This document shows, one piece after another, positions 61,573-64,000 of a stretch of DNA of 64,000 nucleotides. The DNA lies in contig CAJOGQ010000002.1 in assembly GCA_905234125.1 (NCBI GenBank), positions 455 to 64,454 on the forward strand. Direction: 5' to 3'. This DNA comes from an uncultured Bacteroidaceae bacterium. Its GTDB lineage: Bacteria > Bacteroidota > Bacteroidia > Bacteroidales > Bacteroidaceae. The translations under genes were made by a program, and so were the position numbers. Each line of letters opens with the position of its first letter. Within the stretch, counting starts at the first letter, position 1. The notes beneath the pieces were generated by a model. It searched no databases and was not told the origin of the DNA. It worked only from the letters and a program-made list of their open reading frames with translations.

Positions 61573-61729
61573 CGTTCCATCCGTACCAAAGTAGGGCGAT
61601 GAAGAAGATGACCATCATGACGATGGCGGTCGTGTCTGGTTGGACGGTATAGAGCCAGATACTCGCTCCAAAGCCTAAGGCTATGAAGACGAGTGAAAGG
61701 ATCATGAAGAGTTTTTTGAGCTTTTCCAT
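61544..61729 (-). CDS. Small two-TM hypothetical membrane protein
   Basis: 61-aa ORF downstream of cysS on the same strand, with two hydrophobic helices. Its 3' end overlaps the convergent patatin gene by 29 nt. Confidence 0.45.
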   Translation of the reverse strand: MEKLKKLFMILSLVFIALGFGASIWLYTVQPDTTAIVMMVIFFIALLWYGWNVRNMMKNSE

Positions 61730-61791
61730 ATTGAGAGGGTGGGGAGTAGGAAGATAAGGATAGGGAGCGGGGGAACCGCTCCCTACGAGAT

Positions 61792-63294
61792 TTATTTATT
61801 CAGTTTCCAAGTGAAGCCATCCTTGGTGTCCTTGACCTCGAAGCCGAGGCTGGCGAGTTGGTCGCGAATCATGTCGCTGGTGGCCCAGTCTTTATTGGCC
61901 TTAGCTTTCATGCGCTGTTCGAGGAGCATGTCAACCACCTTTCCGAAGGCTTCTTCGCGTGCATCGCTCATGCCGTTGGCTGAACCCACAGAGGCTGAGG
62001 GTCGGATGCCAAGGAGGTCGAAGGTAAAGAGCTTGAAGGTATCTTTGAGTGCCTCCAATACTTCAGCAGAGATGGTCTCCTTCTTGTCAACGATAGAGTT
62101 GATGGTCTTAGTGGCCTCGAAGAGGTGGGAGATGACGATGGGTGTGTTGAAGTCGTCGTAAAGGGCATCGTAGCAGTTCTGTTTGAGAGCCTCGACATAG
62201 TCAAGGCCTATAGAACCGCTGTCGGAGGGTTGAAGGGTTTGGAGAGCTTTCCAGGCATCGAGGAGGCGTTCCAACCCTTTTTCGGAAGCTTGGAGGGCTT
62301 CGTTGCTGAAATCGACGGTGGAACGGTAGTGAGCTTGCAGGATGAAGAAACGGATGGTCATGGGCGAGTAAGCCTGAGCGAGTGCAGGATGGTTGCCAGA
62401 GAAGAACTGTGGCAGGGTGATGAAATTGCCAAGCGACTTGCCCATCTTCTGTCCGTCGATGGTAATCATATTGTTGTGGAGCCAGTAGGTCACCATTTGG
62501 TCGCCCTGACTGGCCACCGCCTGAGCTATCTCGCACTCGTGATGTGGGAACACCAAGTCCATGCCTCCTCCGTGGATGTCGAAATGGGATCCCAAGTATT
62601 TGCGTCCCATCGCTGTGCATTCGCAATGCCAACCAGGGAATCCATCGCTCCAGGGAGATGGCCAACGCATGATGTGTTCAGGCAATGCCTTCTTCCAAAG
62701 GGCAAAGTCGGCCTGATTCTTCTTCTCTCCAACTCCAGCGAGGTCACGGCTGGCATCTTTCACATTCTCCAAACTACGTCCGGAAAGGATGCCATACTTA
62801 TGTACTTTGTTGTACTTCTCCACATCGAAGTAGATGGAGCCATTGCTTTCGTAAGCAAAACCGTTGTCAAGAATCTGCTTGACAAGCTGTTGCTGTTCGA
62901 TGATGTGCCCTGTGGCATGGGGTTCGATGCTGGGTGGAAGACAATTGAGGGCTTCCATCGCCTCGTGGTAGCGGTTGGTGTAGTACTGCGCCACTTCCAT
63001 GGGCTCCAGTTGCTCCAAGCGAGCTTTCTTGGCAATCTTGTCCTCGCCTTCATCGGCATCATGCTCCAAGTGCCCCACATCGGTAATGTTGCGCACATAG
63101 CGTACCTTGTAACCGATGTGCTGGAGGAAACGGAAAACGATGTCGAAGGTGATGGCTGGACGTGCATGTCCGAGATGTGCGTCACCATATACTGTAGGTC
63201 CGCAGACGTACATGCCCACGTGTGGCGCATGCAGTGGGCGGAACACCTCTTTCTTTCTGGTCAGGGTGTTGTAAACGTAAAGTGCCTGTTCCAT
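61792..63294 (-). CDS. cysS: Cysteine--tRNA ligase
   Basis: 500-aa ORF with the class I HIGH motif ([12 protein letters not shown]) and the KMSKS variant KMGKSLGN. Confidence 0.95.
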   Translation of the reverse strand: MEQALYVYNTLTRKKEVFRPLHAPHVGMYVCGPTVYGDAHLGHARPAITFDIVFRFLQHIGYKVRYVRNITDVGHLEHDADEGEDKIAKKARLEQLEPMEVAQYYTNRYHEAMEALNCLPPSIEPHATGHIIEQQQLVKQILDNGFAYESNGSIYFDVEKYNKVHKYGILSGRSLENVKDASRDLAGVGEKKNQADFALWKKALPEHIMRWPSPWSDGFPGWHCECTAMGRKYLGSHFDIHGGGMDLVFPHHECEIAQAVASQGDQMVTYWLHNNMITIDGQKMGKSLGNFITLPQFFSGNHPALAQAYSPMTIRFFILQAHYRSTVDFSNEALQASEKGLERLLDAWKALQTLQPSDSGSIGLDYVEALKQNCYDALYDDFNTPIVISHLFEATKTINSIVDKKETISAEVLEALKDTFKLFTFDLLGIRPSASVGSANGMSDAREEAFGKVVDMLLEQRMKAKANKDWATSDMIRDQLASLGFEVKDTKDGFTWKLNK

Positions 63295-63334
63295 ATTATT
63301 ATATGATTATCATGTTTTAATTTGTTGATGTTCA

Positions 63335-64000
63335 TCAGTAAGTCAAATGTACCTGTCCATCCCAAACATCGTCGATGGATAAGGTGGTTGTGATGCCCTG
63401 CGATGTCACAGGTGATTTTCCAGAAAAGAAGGAACCCGAGAACCACGTGATTTGATTCTGCACCAAAGGAATTTCGAACTTACGCTCCTCATACAGCAAA
63501 TTGTCTGAATCGTCGTATGCTGTGACCATCAGATTGATGGTGCCTTCGGTGTCGTGCAGGAAGGTATAGAGGTCGAATTGCGATTCTCCGTCGTTGGAGA
63601 AGAATACGGTCTGTGTGGATTTGGTGACCCCCAGTCCCGTACTGGCATCGAAATGTCCACTGCCACCCGTGTATTGGAAACGCAGTTGAGCCACATCAGC
63701 AGGAATCTTGTCCTCGATCACAAAGCGACAAAGCGCTACAATGCGATGGAGGGTCAATTTCAATGTCTGAGGTTCAGCACCGATGGTGATAGTGGTGTTG
63801 TAGAGGAATGTGTCGGTATAGCCTGTTCCACTGCCACTTTTTGTAAGATTCGAGAACTGAATTTTGGCAGGGTCGGTCGTCGTGGGATTCTTATTACAAC
63901 TATGTGCGATCACCACCAACTGATAGGTTCCTTCTTCCAACTGGAAATTGGCAGTGCCAAAATCCTCATCACCCAATTTTTGGTCTTCCTTCTTCAGGCG
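63335..64000 (-). CDS. Fimbrillin-like (FimB/Mfa2-type) protein, C-terminal part; the ORF runs off the window
   Basis: The frame stays open to position 64000. The ORF-track start at 63976 is a TTG, so it is probably internal. The beta-rich sequence LTLHRIVALCRFVIEDKIP...FQYTGGSGHFD resembles Bacteroidales minor fimbrial subunits. This is a weak call. Confidence 0.35.
   Translation of the reverse strand, partial: RLKKEDQKLGDEDFGTANFQLEEGTYQLVVIAHSCNKNPTTTDPAKIQFSNLTKSGSGTGYTDTFLYNTTITIGAEPQTLKLTLHRIVALCRFVIEDKIPADVAQLRFQYTGGSGHFDASTGLGVTKSTQTVFFSNDGESQFDLYTFLHDTEGTINLMVTAYDDSDNLLYEERKFEIPLVQNQITWFSGSFFSGKSPVTSQGITTTLSIDDVWDGQVHLTY

Noticed and set aside
1-64000. A search by eye of all intergenic regions longer than 60 nt for tRNA, rRNA, tmRNA, RNase P, riboswitches, transposases, integrases and known defence genes.
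   Set aside because: I found no cloverleaf-compatible GTTCGAATC-type T-arm, no rRNA-like stretch, no DDE, tyrosine or serine recombinase motif, and no nuclease, ATPase or RT combination suggestive of a defence system. Covariance-model and HMM scans would be needed to be definitive.

Overview
This 64-kb chromosomal segment looks like a Bacteroidales (Prevotellaceae-like) genome. Three things support that: TAnnTTTG -7 promoter boxes sit 15-110 nt upstream of most start codons, two enzymes carry T9SS C-terminal sorting domains, and there is a VirE-like / DUF4248-like / HU-like / tiny-TM-protein / amidase cassette. I call about 52 protein genes. Most are housekeeping: rnhB, argS, trxA, dnaE, rpoN, purE, ispG, coaX, aroA, dusB, dprA, a DEAD-box helicase, purL, ychF, lgt and cysS. 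There are also two glycan-degradation clusters. One is pectinesterase / esterase / GH43-CBM6 / CotH. The other is GPH transporter / GH10 xylanase / GH43 / xylulokinase. Two ORFs below the ORF-track cut-off were found by eye: a rubredoxin (25004..25162) and a 36-aa membrane peptide (3653..3763). I saw no rRNA, tRNA, CRISPR array, cas gene, transposase, integrase or recognisable defence or toxin system. The most unusual content is not genic. (1) Short arrays of 3-7 tandem, degenerate heptanucleotides (families GRGCAAG, AACTCTC, GTGAAAA, GTARAAT, GAATTCA, AATTGAT, GGAATKR) sit at many gene junctions. There they supply stop and start codons. They are also embedded in frame in unrelated, conserved proteins (ArgRS, AroA, Lgt, DEAD-box helicase, GH43, VirE-like). 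(2) Several arrays occur as inverted pairs around AT-rich cores. (3) An ~80-bp REP-like palindromic element is present in 4 copies. (4) A family of hairpins shares the core CCCTGAWTCRGGG. I know of no described class that covers the heptamer arrays, but the window alone cannot establish novelty. All functional calls come from motif recognition by eye, with no database search.
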